From contig CAJFCJ010000174.1 in the NCBI GenBank assembly GCA_904063045.1, positions 1-32,682 of the forward strand: a stretch of DNA of 32,682 bases, read 5' to 3'. This document shows, piece by piece, positions 21,970 through 31,997 of this stretch. The translations under genes were made by a program, and so were the position numbers. Below the pieces are notes generated by a model. It was not told the DNA's origin. It was given only the letters and a program-made list of their open reading frames with translations, and ran no database searches. This DNA is from Dimorphilus gyrociliatus. Lineage: Eukaryota > Animalia > Annelida. Within the stretch, counting starts at the first letter, position 1; each line of letters starts with the position of its first letter.

Positions 21970-22752
21970 CAATTTGTAGAAAACTTTTAAATTTAGTGTG
22001 TAGTTGGCTACTGCAATTGTGTGAAATTTTTTTATCTATACAAGCCTGCCATTTGCTGGGAAGTAGTTTAATGTGTTGTTTGACTACTTCCCCATACTCT
22101 AAGAATCCAATGTGGACTAAGCCCAAACAGTCACAAAAAACTGAGCACATCAGTTATTCTGCTGACTTAGCCAATTTGAGTTACTTTTTCGGTGGAGATG
22201 ATCTGTGATTGTTGGTTGAGGAAGACCTTTTAGATTCTGGATCATGCAGGTGTACCCACGTTTCATTTCCGGTCAAATTTTTTCCAAAAAGTCTTCAACT
22301 TCTGCTGTGCAGCTTTGTAGTAGCTCCATACAATGGCTCACCCTTACTTCCCTTTGATCCTCATTAAGGGCATAAGGAATCCATTTTGTACAGACCTTTC
22401 AGTACCCCGGCTCTTTTATCATTTTTCCCACAGCCTCTTGACAAATGTCTAATTTTTTGGCGTTTGCTCTCTGGGAAATGGTCCAATCTACTGTGATGAA
22501 GTTGTTGATTGATTGATTCTCTGTGCTGATTTGTTAAAGCTGTATTTGGACAGCCAGATGTTGTCAAGTCGCCAACATCTTTTCTCCCTTTTTTTATATC
22601 AGGTACTCACCTTCTCATAGAACATTCACTCAGGGTTTCTTTACACAGTAAAAGTTTACTAATTCACAAAGATTTTTGGAAAATATCAACGGTAATAGCT
22701 GAGCAGTTTAAAGATTACAGTATAGAGTTTGAAACTTTTTGATCACATCAAA
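21970..22752 (-). mobile_element. Decayed, internally deleted mariner related to 3288-4615
   Basis: Blocks align with the intact copy (e.g. TCTATACAAGCCTGCCATTTGCT, CTGAGCACATCAGTT, AAAGTTTACTAATT). About 3470-3775 (2nd and 3rd catalytic Asp) and about 4340-4505 (start codon) are missing. A diverged TIR ends at 22752 and is followed by TA. The left limit is approximate. Confidence 0.85.
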
Positions 22753-22923
22753 TATATTTCCATTATTAATATACATCAATTAATATAAATTTTAAATGCA
22801 ACAATCAGTAGGTAAATTGTTGTTTTGAAATGTTCAAGTTTTGATGATTTATTTTTTCCGAAAATTTAATTATTTATTCATTACTAATCTCTTTTTTAAA
22901 GTTGTTTTATGTAAGTTATTTAC

Positions 22924-22998
22924 CTAATCCTTGTGAGTGTGTATTACATAACCCTTGTACTTGACATGAACCAGGATCAGGAGCATCACCTTTTATAC
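22924..22998 (-). other. Orphan symmetric phase-1 exon candidate (75 nt)
   Basis: TTTCTAG|GT ATA AAA...GGA TTA G|GTAAAT encodes (G)IKGDAPDPGSCQVQGLCNTHSQGL. No partner exons were identified. Confidence 0.3.
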
Positions 22999-23375
22999 CT
23001 AGAAATATACTTTTACTAGATTTTCAATATTAGTTAATAATTATTATTCTCACATTGGCCTAATTTTTCAGCAAGATTAAAACCTGGCTGATCAATACCA
23101 CATTTTCTTAATTGTTCTGTTTGCTTATCATATGTGCTACAATATCGCAAATCTAGTCCATTGAGTTTTGATGCAATAATTTTGGCAAAATGTATTAATT
23201 ATATCTAAATTCTTACAACAGTACAATAGAAAATTTTTTATGTCTAACGTTTTGAATATTATTATTGTTTCTCAACAGTGTCTCCAATGAAGGGTTAAAT
23301 ATTATAATATTGTTTTACAGGATTGTATTTTGAAGCGTTTTGACAAAACTGTTGAGTTATTGCTTAACGGTTTAT

Positions 23376-23513
23376 GGAGAAAACATCCACAAGCGAAAAC
23401 GTCCACAGGAGAAAATGTCCACAGGAGAAAACGTCCACAACTGAGGAGAAAACGTCCACAAGAGAAAATGTCCACAAGAGAGAACTTCCATAACTTAGGA
23501 GAAAACATCAACA
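23376..23513 (+). repeat. Tandem array of eight ~16-bp GGAGAAAA(C/T)GTCCACA units (MULE terminal-repeat type)
   Basis: Eight imperfect units with two 5-bp ACT(G/T)A inserts; the same unit forms the MULE termini at 1160, 5675-5712 and 28458-28516. Confidence 0.9.
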
Positions 23514-23611
23514 GCAATTTTTTATATGAAGAATGGTTTAGAGATTAATATTTTGAATGAAAATATGAAAAATTAGAAAAAAAGATGTGTAATATTTTAT
23601 TCATGTAATAA

Positions 23612-23621
23612 NNNNNNNNNN
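23612..23621. other. Assembly gap (10 N)
   Basis: Run of ten N; adjacency of the two sides is scaffold-level only. Confidence 1.
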
Positions 23622-23816
23622 CTTGATTTGAGGTTGATTGAAAGGGAAGAGTGAAAGTGGTAGTTTGTTGAAGATCATTCTAAAACTCAAGGTCAAAGAA
23701 ATATAGACATGGTAATGTTTTCCAAGCAATCTATCAAGTAAAATTCAAAAGAGTTTGCTTAGAATATAAAACCAAATATAAATATACACGTCTTCCTCTT
23801 TTTTAATAAATAATAG

Positions 23817-25137
23817 CCTTTGACTCATTTCAAGCTGAAAAATACAAAACATATATTTAATGGAGGATTATTAAATTCTTGGTCAGATACTGACTTTCAT
23901 AAAGATGATTCAATTGATAAATCTTATATTGATATTACTCACACACCAATTATATCACTAACTGGATTTACGCAAAAGGCAATTAACAGAGCAAAAGAAA
24001 TTTGCTCTATTGGTGAAGGGGAAATGACAGATTTAATGAAAGATCAATGCGTTTATGACATTGTAATAACTGGTGATGAAAGTCTCAGTAAACAAACAAG
24101 TTTGCAAGGTTTACTATGTGAAAATCAGTGTTCAGATAGGGGTAGTTGTATAGTTGGTTTTGCTTCTGTATAGATGGTTGGTCTGGTAGTAGTTGCCAAT
24201 ATGGAACATGTGAAAAATGTATTGAAGGCAAATGCGAAAATGGTTTTTGCAAATGTAATCTTGGTTTTATTGGTTCGTTTTGTGATATTAAAGCAGAATG
24301 CAATGGAAATTGTTCCAACAAAGGTCTCTGTGTAGATGTTGATGTTTGTCAATGTAATGAAGGATGGACAAGTCAGAACTGTTTGGAAAAGGCTTTATGT
24401 CCAAATGGCTGCTCGAAGAGGGGTATATGCATTGATCACGGAATTTGCAAGTGCAATTTGGGATTTGGTGGCCAAAATTGTTCGGAATACAACTGCGAAA
24501 CAAAGAATAAATGCCATGGAAATGGTATTTGTATCCCTCCTGGAGAGTGTATATGTCATAAAGGTTGGAAAGGTTCATCCTGTGCTCAGCCAATATGCAA
24601 GAATACCTGTTTCACAAACGGAGAATGCCTACAGCCAAATAGGTGTAAATGCTATAAAGGATTTGAAGGAGACAATTGCAGTAAACAAAGCAGCTGTCCA
24701 AACGTCAATGACTGCTCAGGCAATGGAATCTGTATTACAGATAACCAATGTCAATGCGATAGTGGCTATGAAGGTGTCAACTGTTCAATACCAATTTGTG
24801 AACAAGATTGCACACCAAACGGCGTTTGCCAATCACCAAACTTTTGTAAATGTAAAGAAGGCTTCTCAGAAATTGACAACTGTTTAACATTCTCTTGTGA
24901 AAAATTAAACTATTGCTCATCTCATGGCAACTGTACAGGATTTAATAAATGTACATGTGATCAATTCTGGAAAGGAGAATATTGTAATATACCAATTTGC
25001 ACTGATTTATCAGACTGTTCAAACCACGGCGAATGTATTAGTGCTAATAAATGTCTATGTGCAAGAGAATACGAAGGCAATGATTGTTCAATACCTATCA
25101 CACCTAATAGTGTAAAACCTATTTTTTCAAATTTAAA
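23817..25137 (+). pseudogene. VWD-associated region plus 10 tenascin-type EGF repeats (VWDE-like), truncated
   Basis: GGLLNSW..CVYDIVITGDES..CENQCSDRGSC, a 1-nt frameshift at GGTTTTGC (about 24156), then nine more CxxxCSxxGxC..CxCxxGWxGxxC repeats. It ends at NSVKPIFSNL, where an opposite-strand fragment begins. Confidence 0.85.
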
Positions 25138-25139
25138 TC

Positions 25140-25420
25140 TATTATCACCACTTTCATTATCAATGTCCATCATTTCATTATTATGTTTTCTTTCAAGAAA
25201 TTTTAATTGTCTTTCAAAGATGTGTCCTCAATTAAGTATTTCAAAGATAATCCTTCACATCTTCCATTTTCTTGTCTAATGATATAAACAGGAAATGTTA
25301 ATAATTTATTGTGTCATGGTTGCTCACACTATGTCATTAACTGCAACTTTGTAATAACAGGCTGGTATTTAATAATAAACTTTTGATACATTCTGCTTCA
25401 ATTATCAGTAGTTGATTCAA
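25140..25420 (-). pseudogene. Decayed paralog of the 10060-10440 NACHT-like fragment
   Basis: Shares nucleotide blocks with it (TCAAGAAATTTTAA; TCTTGTCTAAT.A.ATAAACAGGAAA) and the peptide TFPVYIIRQE versus AFPVYLIRQE. Multiple stops. Confidence 0.45.
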
Positions 25421-26612
25421 AATTTTTATCACAGCAATTCTTTCTAATATTAAAATTGCTTTTGTTATCAAAAGTTGGTAGCTTTCTGCCATGTTAGGCC
25501 ATTTTCTCCCAATATTGTTGGAAAAAGTGGACACTTATATTACAGCCTAGACTGGTATAAGGAGGCGAAATTTACAGTCTAGAAGAGTCCAATTCATTTA
25601 AATTTACTGATCAAAATTTTTAAGATAATAAAAAAATGTTAATTTTAAAAGATAAAAATATACCAAAGTTTATATTGAACTGACATGCATCACATAAGTA
25701 ATTATGACTTTGATCTTTTAAGCCTATGTTATTTACATTATACATTATAAAGAATGAACTGAGAGACGCTGCCTAATCTCTTCCAGTAACCATAACTCTC
25801 ATTTGAGACTCTCCTAAGTACATATCAGTAGCTGTCTTACTCTTCCTGACCACTTTTCAATCCAAAATCTAGCCACAAAATATATCATTGTGTAAATGCT
25901 TTCTCTCAACTTTGATATTGGATAAAAGCCTTAGATTGTAATTGTTGCAATGGTTTACATCTCTGTAAACAGTTTAATCTGTCTTATCAACACCTGGTTT
26001 CAGGTAAGATAAAACCACTTTGACAAGTATCTTTTTTAAAGTTCTTTATTTCTTTATTGATTATGTAATAGTACCATCTATTATGAAAAGTTCAATCATT
26101 CCCATTCTATGAAATAAAAGTACTTCTAAAGTTCCTTTGTCTTTACTACATTTAGCATTGCAATCAGTACCCTGTAAAAAACTTTACATCACTGAAGTTA
26201 GTCTTAGTAATTGTTTCAAACTTGCTGCTTAGAACACAAGAATTTACACAAATTGCTCAACACTTCAATGACCAAGCATAGTTTCATCACAAAAATGGAG
26301 ATCTGTTATCAACCAATTGTAATCCAGATTTGAGGATGTATGACTACAATGCAAAAATGATGCTTCAAAGTTTACTTTAATGTTATCATTATTGGCTTTA
26401 TATGCCCAGTATGCTTACTTCTTTGGCATACTCCACTTCTGAAATCATTCCAGATGAATATATTCATCCTGTTCAATTATAGAAGGATTTTATAATATTT
26501 TAGTAGATTGAAAAAGAAATTTAAAATTAACAAATGAAGGATAAGATGAGAAAACAACATAACATTCTAAATTAACCCTAACTCCAACTCTTAAAAATTG
26601 AAATAATCATAT

Positions 26613-26815
26613 TTCAGATCTATGAGTTTGCAACAGTTACTAACTCTTTGTTTTGAAAATCAATTAACAATATTAGCTATAGGGGAACTGCTCCCTTTCA
26701 CCCAGAATCCACTTTAAAAATATTATTATCAATATATGATGCAGAACATAAATATGGTTGAATCTTCTCATAATACACTCTTTGTTCAATTGAAGACAGT
26801 CAATGAATCATCTAT
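26613..26815 (+). repeat. ~200-bp dispersed repeat, copy 1 (inverted partner at 29635-29835)
   Basis: The core TTTTGAAAATCAATTAAC.ATATTAGCTAT.GGGGA.CTGCTCCCTTTCACC.AGAATCCACTTTAAAAATAT.ATTATCAATATATGATGCAGAACAT is near-identical between copies, with more diverged flanks. Confidence 0.85.
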
Positions 26816-26820
26816 TTGCA

Positions 26821-27105
26821 ATGCTAAGAAATCATTTTTATGTTGTATTGAAAATAGGCTTTAAATCTCAACTATATCTTGCTTTTTTTATTAAATGGTA
26901 ATGGTTGAGTTCCATTTCAATATCTTACAATTTCTTTATTAAATTTCTGATTAAACAGATGGCAGCATTACATATATTCTATAGTTATTTTCATATTCAA
27001 ATTTTTTTTTTTGTATTCTTTGTGTCAACTGATTCAAGGACATTTTGTTAAATTGTACTTTGTTGTATTGTGATCATAAGAATTTTATTCTCAGCCAAAT
27101 CATAT
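26821..27105 (+). repeat. ~285-bp direct repeat, copy 1
   Basis: ATGCTAAGAAA..AAATAGGCTTTAAATCTCA..TTAAACAGATGGCAGCA..GTATTCTTTGTGTCAACTGA..TGTGATCATAA also occurs at 28169-28452. Confidence 0.85.
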
Positions 27106-27703
27106 TCCTAAGATAATGAAATCCTATTCTAATTGATAGTAAATCATGGAAATATATGACAAACATAGACATTATTTAGTAGGCCTAGTTTGATAAGTTT
27201 TATAAAAGAGTATATCTTTTTTATTGTGATTATGTTCCAGATTGCTTTTAATAAATATACTTTCATTTTGTCATATTCTAACTACAACTACTCATCGTTT
27301 CCTCTTATTTCTATTGCTACACACTTGTCATATTAAAATTGTTAGCTCTATGCAATATGTATTTCTATACAGAATGTCAGAGAACTGATGAGTATTAGAC
27401 TAGTTTCTCTCTATCTTTACAAAAACTTCAACTCTGAAAACAATTCAATTTTGATACAAAAATTAAAAATGTATTTTCAGAACCACATTGAAAATGTTAA
27501 ATGCTTTGTTGGAAAATGTTAGGAATTTCTTTTAAAGAAAAAATATGACAGCAAAATCTTCAAAATGTTAATATTTCAATTGGCAATATAAATTGGTTTT
27601 AAGACCTTGTTCCCAAAATTTTCCATCAACAGTTAAAAACCAAGCTCCAAGGGTTATATTCAACTAATCAACTAAAAAGGAACTATCCTGTAACTCTAGC
27701 CTA

Positions 27704-27967
27704 TTACCCAAAAATACCCTCCATGGTCCATTTTTTTTTTTCCATGGAGTTTTCAGAAAGCAATTCTTTCACATTCAACTCATCTTGAAGCATGTTTTGT
27801 AGCAACTCTTTCTTTACCATTTCTTTCAAAATTGACCCCAAGTTCACATAAGAAGGCAGACGATTGGGCATAGCATTAACACGTTGCACATTATACCATG
27901 GGGTCCTTGAAAAAACATGAACAGAAAGACAAACAACCAAACATGCAATAATTAGTTTTTTCTCCAT
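27704..27967 (-). CDS. Small secreted peptide precursor, 87 aa, single exon
   Basis: Signal peptide MEKKLIIACLVVCLSVHVFS, C-terminal KKK-WTMEGIF-G-stop (convertase site plus amidation-type Gly), and TATAAAA at 28045-28039. The C-terminus depends on an 11-A run. Confidence 0.7.
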   Translation of the reverse strand: MEKKLIIACLVVCLSVHVFSRTPWYNVQRVNAMPNRLPSYVNLGSILKEMVKKELLQNMLQDELNVKELLSENSMEKKKWTMEGIFG

Positions 27968-28168
27968 TTTATCAGAATATCGAAATATTGTCCTTCCGAA
28001 GTCAAATAAGATTTAAATTTTCTTTTCTGTTCCTGGCTTTTTATAGTCTAAAAGAAGCTTAAAAACTAGTTTGAAACTGGTTTTCTTTTCAAATTTATTA
28101 AAAGTATAAATATAGTATCCTGAACTTGACCTAAAATATCATTTCATTATAAATTTTGTTTTTTCTTT

Positions 28169-28452
28169 ATGCTAAGAAACCAGTTTTTTATTATATTTAA
28201 AATAGGCTTTAAATCTCATTTGTATGTAGGCTTTTATATTAAATGGTTGAGTTCACTTTCAATGTTTTCTTTATTAAATTTCTTATTAAACAGATGGCAG
28301 CACTATATATATATATATATATATTATATATATGTTTTTATATTGAAATTTGGATTTTTGTATTCTTTGTGTCAACTGACTCCATGACATTTTGTTAAAT
28401 TGTCCAATGTTGTGCTGTGATCATAATAATTTCATTCTCGTCCTAATTATAT
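28169..28452 (+). repeat. ~285-bp direct repeat, copy 2 (contains an expanded TA run)
   Basis: Aligns colinearly with 26821-27105; (TA)n at about 28304-28333. Confidence 0.85.
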
Positions 28453-28457
28453 TAATA

Positions 28458-28822
28458 GGTACAAGAGAAAATGTCCACTCTATGGAGAAAATGTCCACAG
28501 GAGATAATGTCCACTATAGAAATCTAATGTATGAAAGAAAACATTAGAAAAGAGTTATTATGATAATTTGAAAAAAAAACTGAATAAGAAGAATTGAAAA
28601 TATTTGAATGTGAATATATGAATGAAGTCTTAAATGATTGATAACAGAGTAGAAGAACAAAGATGTATTAAACAGGAGTATAAATGTCAGAGGCTTTTTC
28701 AAGTAAATCCATTGATGTGATTGAAGCAATTTCAAATTGCTGACAAAAGCTGAATATTTTGCTTTGAATATTCTGATAGGCTTTCCTTTGCTGTCTACAG
28801 ATTTTCTCAATTCTAGGGCGAG
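28458..28822 (-). mobile_element. 3' end of a second MULE copy (terminus plus last ~48 transposase codons)
   Basis: Terminus GGTACAAGAGAAAATGTCCAC with three units. Encodes EKICRQQRKAYQNIQSKIFSFCQQFEIASITSMDLLEKASDIYTPV* versus KKICRQQRKAYQNIQSKIFSLWEQFEITSITSLDLLDKASDIYLPV* at about 5350-5493. Confidence 0.9.
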
Positions 28823-28829
28823 GAAAAAT

Positions 28830-28962
28830 ATTCCAACAATTGATTTGTAATTAGGCGGGTCCAAAGGAAGGGTTAGGAACAATGAAGCACTTAAAAAAGG
28901 GTCCAGGGCTGGGTTAGTGTTAGGGTAAAGCCACAAAACTGTAGCCATTTTCAACAACATCC
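28830..28962 (-). repeat. Second copy of the TAACCC-containing element
   Basis: Reverse complement GGATGTTGTTGAAAATGGCTACA..TGGCTTTACCCTAACACTAACCCAGCCCTGG aligns with GGATGTGGTAGAAAACGGCCATA..TGGTTTTACCCTAACCCTAACCCAGCCCTTG at about 6758-6818. Confidence 0.65.
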
Positions 28963-28999
28963 AAAATTTATCAATTATCCATTTATGGATTGTAATTCT

Positions 29000-29060
29000 T
29001 TGTTGATAATTTTCTACTTGTTCATCTTGAATGCAATTGTGTGACAAATCAATCATCTTG
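29000..29060 (-). pseudogene. Single LRR-like micro-fragment
   Basis: MIDLSHNCIQDEQVE fits the LxLxxNxI consensus; too short to be sure. Confidence 0.3.
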
Positions 29061-29634
29061 AATCACTTTCCATTATCAACTGAGATTTTATCAGAAATTT
29101 ATATAACTAGATTATTAATTTTTTGCTCAAATTGATCCAGTTCATTAATTTCATTCAACATTTTATTGAAATATTTTTCTATCACTTCTATCACATGATT
29201 AACTTCTTTTGATAATTTCAAACTCTTCTTTAACATTGCATAGAGCTTTTATTTTAGGTCAGTCAATTTTGCACATAACAATCTTGTTGTGTATTTTCTC
29301 TTCAGTAAGACAAATCTGAATTCTTTTCCCTGGCTCTCTAAAAGTTTATTTGACATAATTGAGCAACTTTTATGATTTTCCTTATTTTCCTTATATTTAT
29401 CCAAATATTGATTGTCACTCTTTACAATAGTTTAAAGATAAGATAATCAAGCTGTCTTTGTTGTATTGTAATTAGAAGAATTTCTGGCTTTTAGTTATTA
29501 ATCAGATAGAAACCTAACCCTAACCTTAATTTTTTTATGAAATTTCATGAGAGTACTCAGTTAGATAAGTACCACTTCAAAGCAAACAATGCCTCTAACA
29601 TTTGGACAGGGTGACAAACAATTAAATTTTTGAT

Positions 29635-29835
29635 GTACAAAGTGAATTGGTGGACTATCATTCAATTTGAAGGCTACAAGATAAGTAGTGTACAAGATTC
29701 GATCATATTCATGTTCTGCATCATATATTGATAATTATATTTTTAAAGTGGATTCTAGGTGAAAGGGAGCAGCTCCCCAATAGCTAATATCGTTAATTGA
29801 TTTTCAAAAGAAAGGTTAGGTATTTGACTCTCATT
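29635..29835 (-). repeat. ~200-bp dispersed repeat, copy 2 (inverted)
   Basis: Reverse complement aligns with 26613-26815 and includes the GGGGAGCTGCTCCC hairpin. Confidence 0.85.
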
Positions 29836-29840
29836 CTTTT

Positions 29841-30310
29841 TCATAGTAAGAGGAGACTAGTATGACTTTCAAATGAATCCTCTTGAAAATCTTGAACTTC
29901 TGTAGTTGATGTATCCATTGTGGTTACTTCAATTTCATTATTGTATGTAATTTCATTGTCATTAATCACATTTCCAGTTTCCAATGGACAGTCAACAAAA
30001 CTCTCTGAACTACTAAAAGAGAAAGACAACCTCAGCTCTTCTGTAGGTTCAATGAATTTCTTTTCTTTTTCATTATCAATTCTTGTTAGCAACACAATAC
30101 AGTTTCTGTTTGATATTTGATAACACATCAAACATAATGGCGAAGTGCTAGTTGCATCTGAAAAAAAAATTAATAACTGACAAAATCAAACTTTGGATAT
30201 TTCATACCTTTAAAACACTTAATATGACAGTTTTTAAAGCAAAGACAACATTTGCCTATGATTTGGTTTTCAATGAATTCATCTTGACAAATATAACATG
30301 TATTATCCAT
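29841..30310 (-). mobile_element. 5' coding part of a related MULE: PHD finger (2 exons) plus acidic linker
   Basis: MDNTCYICQDEFIENQIIGKCCLCFKNCHIKCFK, phase-1 intron 30207-30158 (G|GT..AG|AT), then DATSTSPLCLMCYQISNRNCIVLLTRI. Compared with the MULE at 1583 it shares CYIC, the same G|AT phase-1 intron and the ISxxxCIVxLxR motif. Confidence 0.7.
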
Positions 30311-30967
30311 GTTTTTAAACTTGGGATAGTTTTCTAGAAAACTTGGAAAATAATTTATAGTAACAAAATACCAAAAATTAGCAATTATCTATAGTATATA
30401 CATTATTCAATAAGAGAAATCAAAGAGTCAATTTTATTGACAAATCATGCTTTGTAATTAAAGGTTTGTACAATAGTCAAAAAAAAAATTTAAAGACACC
30501 ACATTAGGCTAAAAAGGTAGTATAAATTTATGTTAAATAAATCATTGACTGCTTTTGAACATATACTCCATTTTAACCTTAAAAAAACACTTTTTATTAA
30601 AATTCCTTCTTACCTCTGCTGAGTGAAAATAGAAAAGGAAGTTGATCTTTTCTATTTTCACAGCAGAAGATTTCCAACAATACCTGTTTTTGATGGGGAT
30701 CATAAATTTTTTTATGAATGTATGTCCAGTTTTACAATTAAGAATATTCAATGAGAATACTGATGAAACTTTAATATTGAAAAGGATAAAAAAAAACAAT
30801 TATCAGATTATCTAATAAAAAAAAAACAAAAACGAATTATTTACTTACAATGTAAAACAATAAATGCTATGAAATGATAATACATTAAGATTTTCATTGA
30901 TTTTAAATATTGGTATCTTCAGAATATGTTAAAAGTTTTTTTTTTCTGTAGAAAGTTTAGCATATAA

Positions 30968-31997
30968 CTAACATAAGTTATCTTTGAAATTGGATTGAAA
31001 GATTTGTTGAGTATTTAAATGCTTAAATGGCTTTGAAGATTCTTTTAAAAAAATTTTCAAATTAACAAATTTTGTTGATGGACAAAAAAACTTGTAATTT
31101 TCTTTTTCTTTGCACAATACAGAATTTGTATCATAGGCAAAAAATTCAGGATTATTTTCTTCAATATTCTCTCCATAAATTTGAAATTCTACAAAGTTGG
31201 TCAAAGTTTCAATTGTCAGATGGAGAATCTTACCAATTAAAGTTACACAAGTAGCAGTCAACTGGTTCCAATTTAATTTTTTTCCACTTTTCCTGATTGC
31301 ACCAACATTTCTCAAATGGACATTCTAATGAAACCATAACCAGTTGAAACATGCATTCCAGTTTTTTAATTGCATATCTTTTGAAAAGATTGGAATCAGA
31401 AACACTACCAAGCAAAATTTTCTTTAAGGGTAGACTGTGTGATTTTACAGACAAAGTTCCATTAAAATGCATCCATTCATTGTGAGGTACTCTGTAACAT
31501 TCTGCATTTATATTTGACTCTTCTTTACATCTAGTGTCAGTAAAACATTTACAAATTCCATCAGGAAAGCTATTTGCAGGTCTCAAAATATTATCCCAGA
31601 AAAGATAGCCATCATAGATAATAAATGCAGAATATGACGAAAAAATTATATCTTTTGTACATGTTGAAACAGTTTTTAAAAACTGATTAACCCCTTCTTC
31701 AGAAAGATTTTCATACACAATGTCTTTTACATAAGTTTGAGAACCAGCATATCGACTCTCCCGTAACAAAACCAAGCTTTCAGCATTGTTGTCAAGATAA
31801 GCCTTTCCCAATGTACCATTGTAGTTTTCACATGAAATATTGGCAATTTCTCCTTTAAAAGATGCTTGTATTTTAAAAATTCCAGAATTTTGTTTTGTTT
31901 TAATTAAAGCTTCTAAACAAGATGTGTAAACATCATCTGTAGACAAGGATAGTGTGAACTGTATGTAGAAATAAGCACAGAAAAGTAGATGTGGCAT
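30968..31997 (-). CDS. Secreted protein with CASPR/neurexin-IV-type fibrinogen-like domain; 3' end uncertain (frameshift near 31250)
   Basis: Signal peptide MPHLLFCAYFYIQFTLS; SCLE..SG.F.I..C..Y..DIVYENL..C...I.F..W..ICKCFTDTRC..W.HFNG.L..LPLKKI.LG..LEC pattern; 5' UTR intron 32052-31999; 45-nt intron 31233-31189 that gives CVTLI-EFQIYG only in the shifted frame. Confidence 0.7.

Noticed and set aside
23376-23513. CRISPR-like repeat array
   Set aside because: Units are 16 bp, imperfect and directly adjacent with no unique spacers; the same unit forms MULE termini, and the context is eukaryotic with no cas genes.
24085-25173. Several overlapping ORFs (24085-24321, 24125-24352, 24288-24593, 24336-24887, 24924-25115, 24961-25173)
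   Set aside because: Off-frame or antisense shadows of the EGF-repeat sequence with no independent domain signal.
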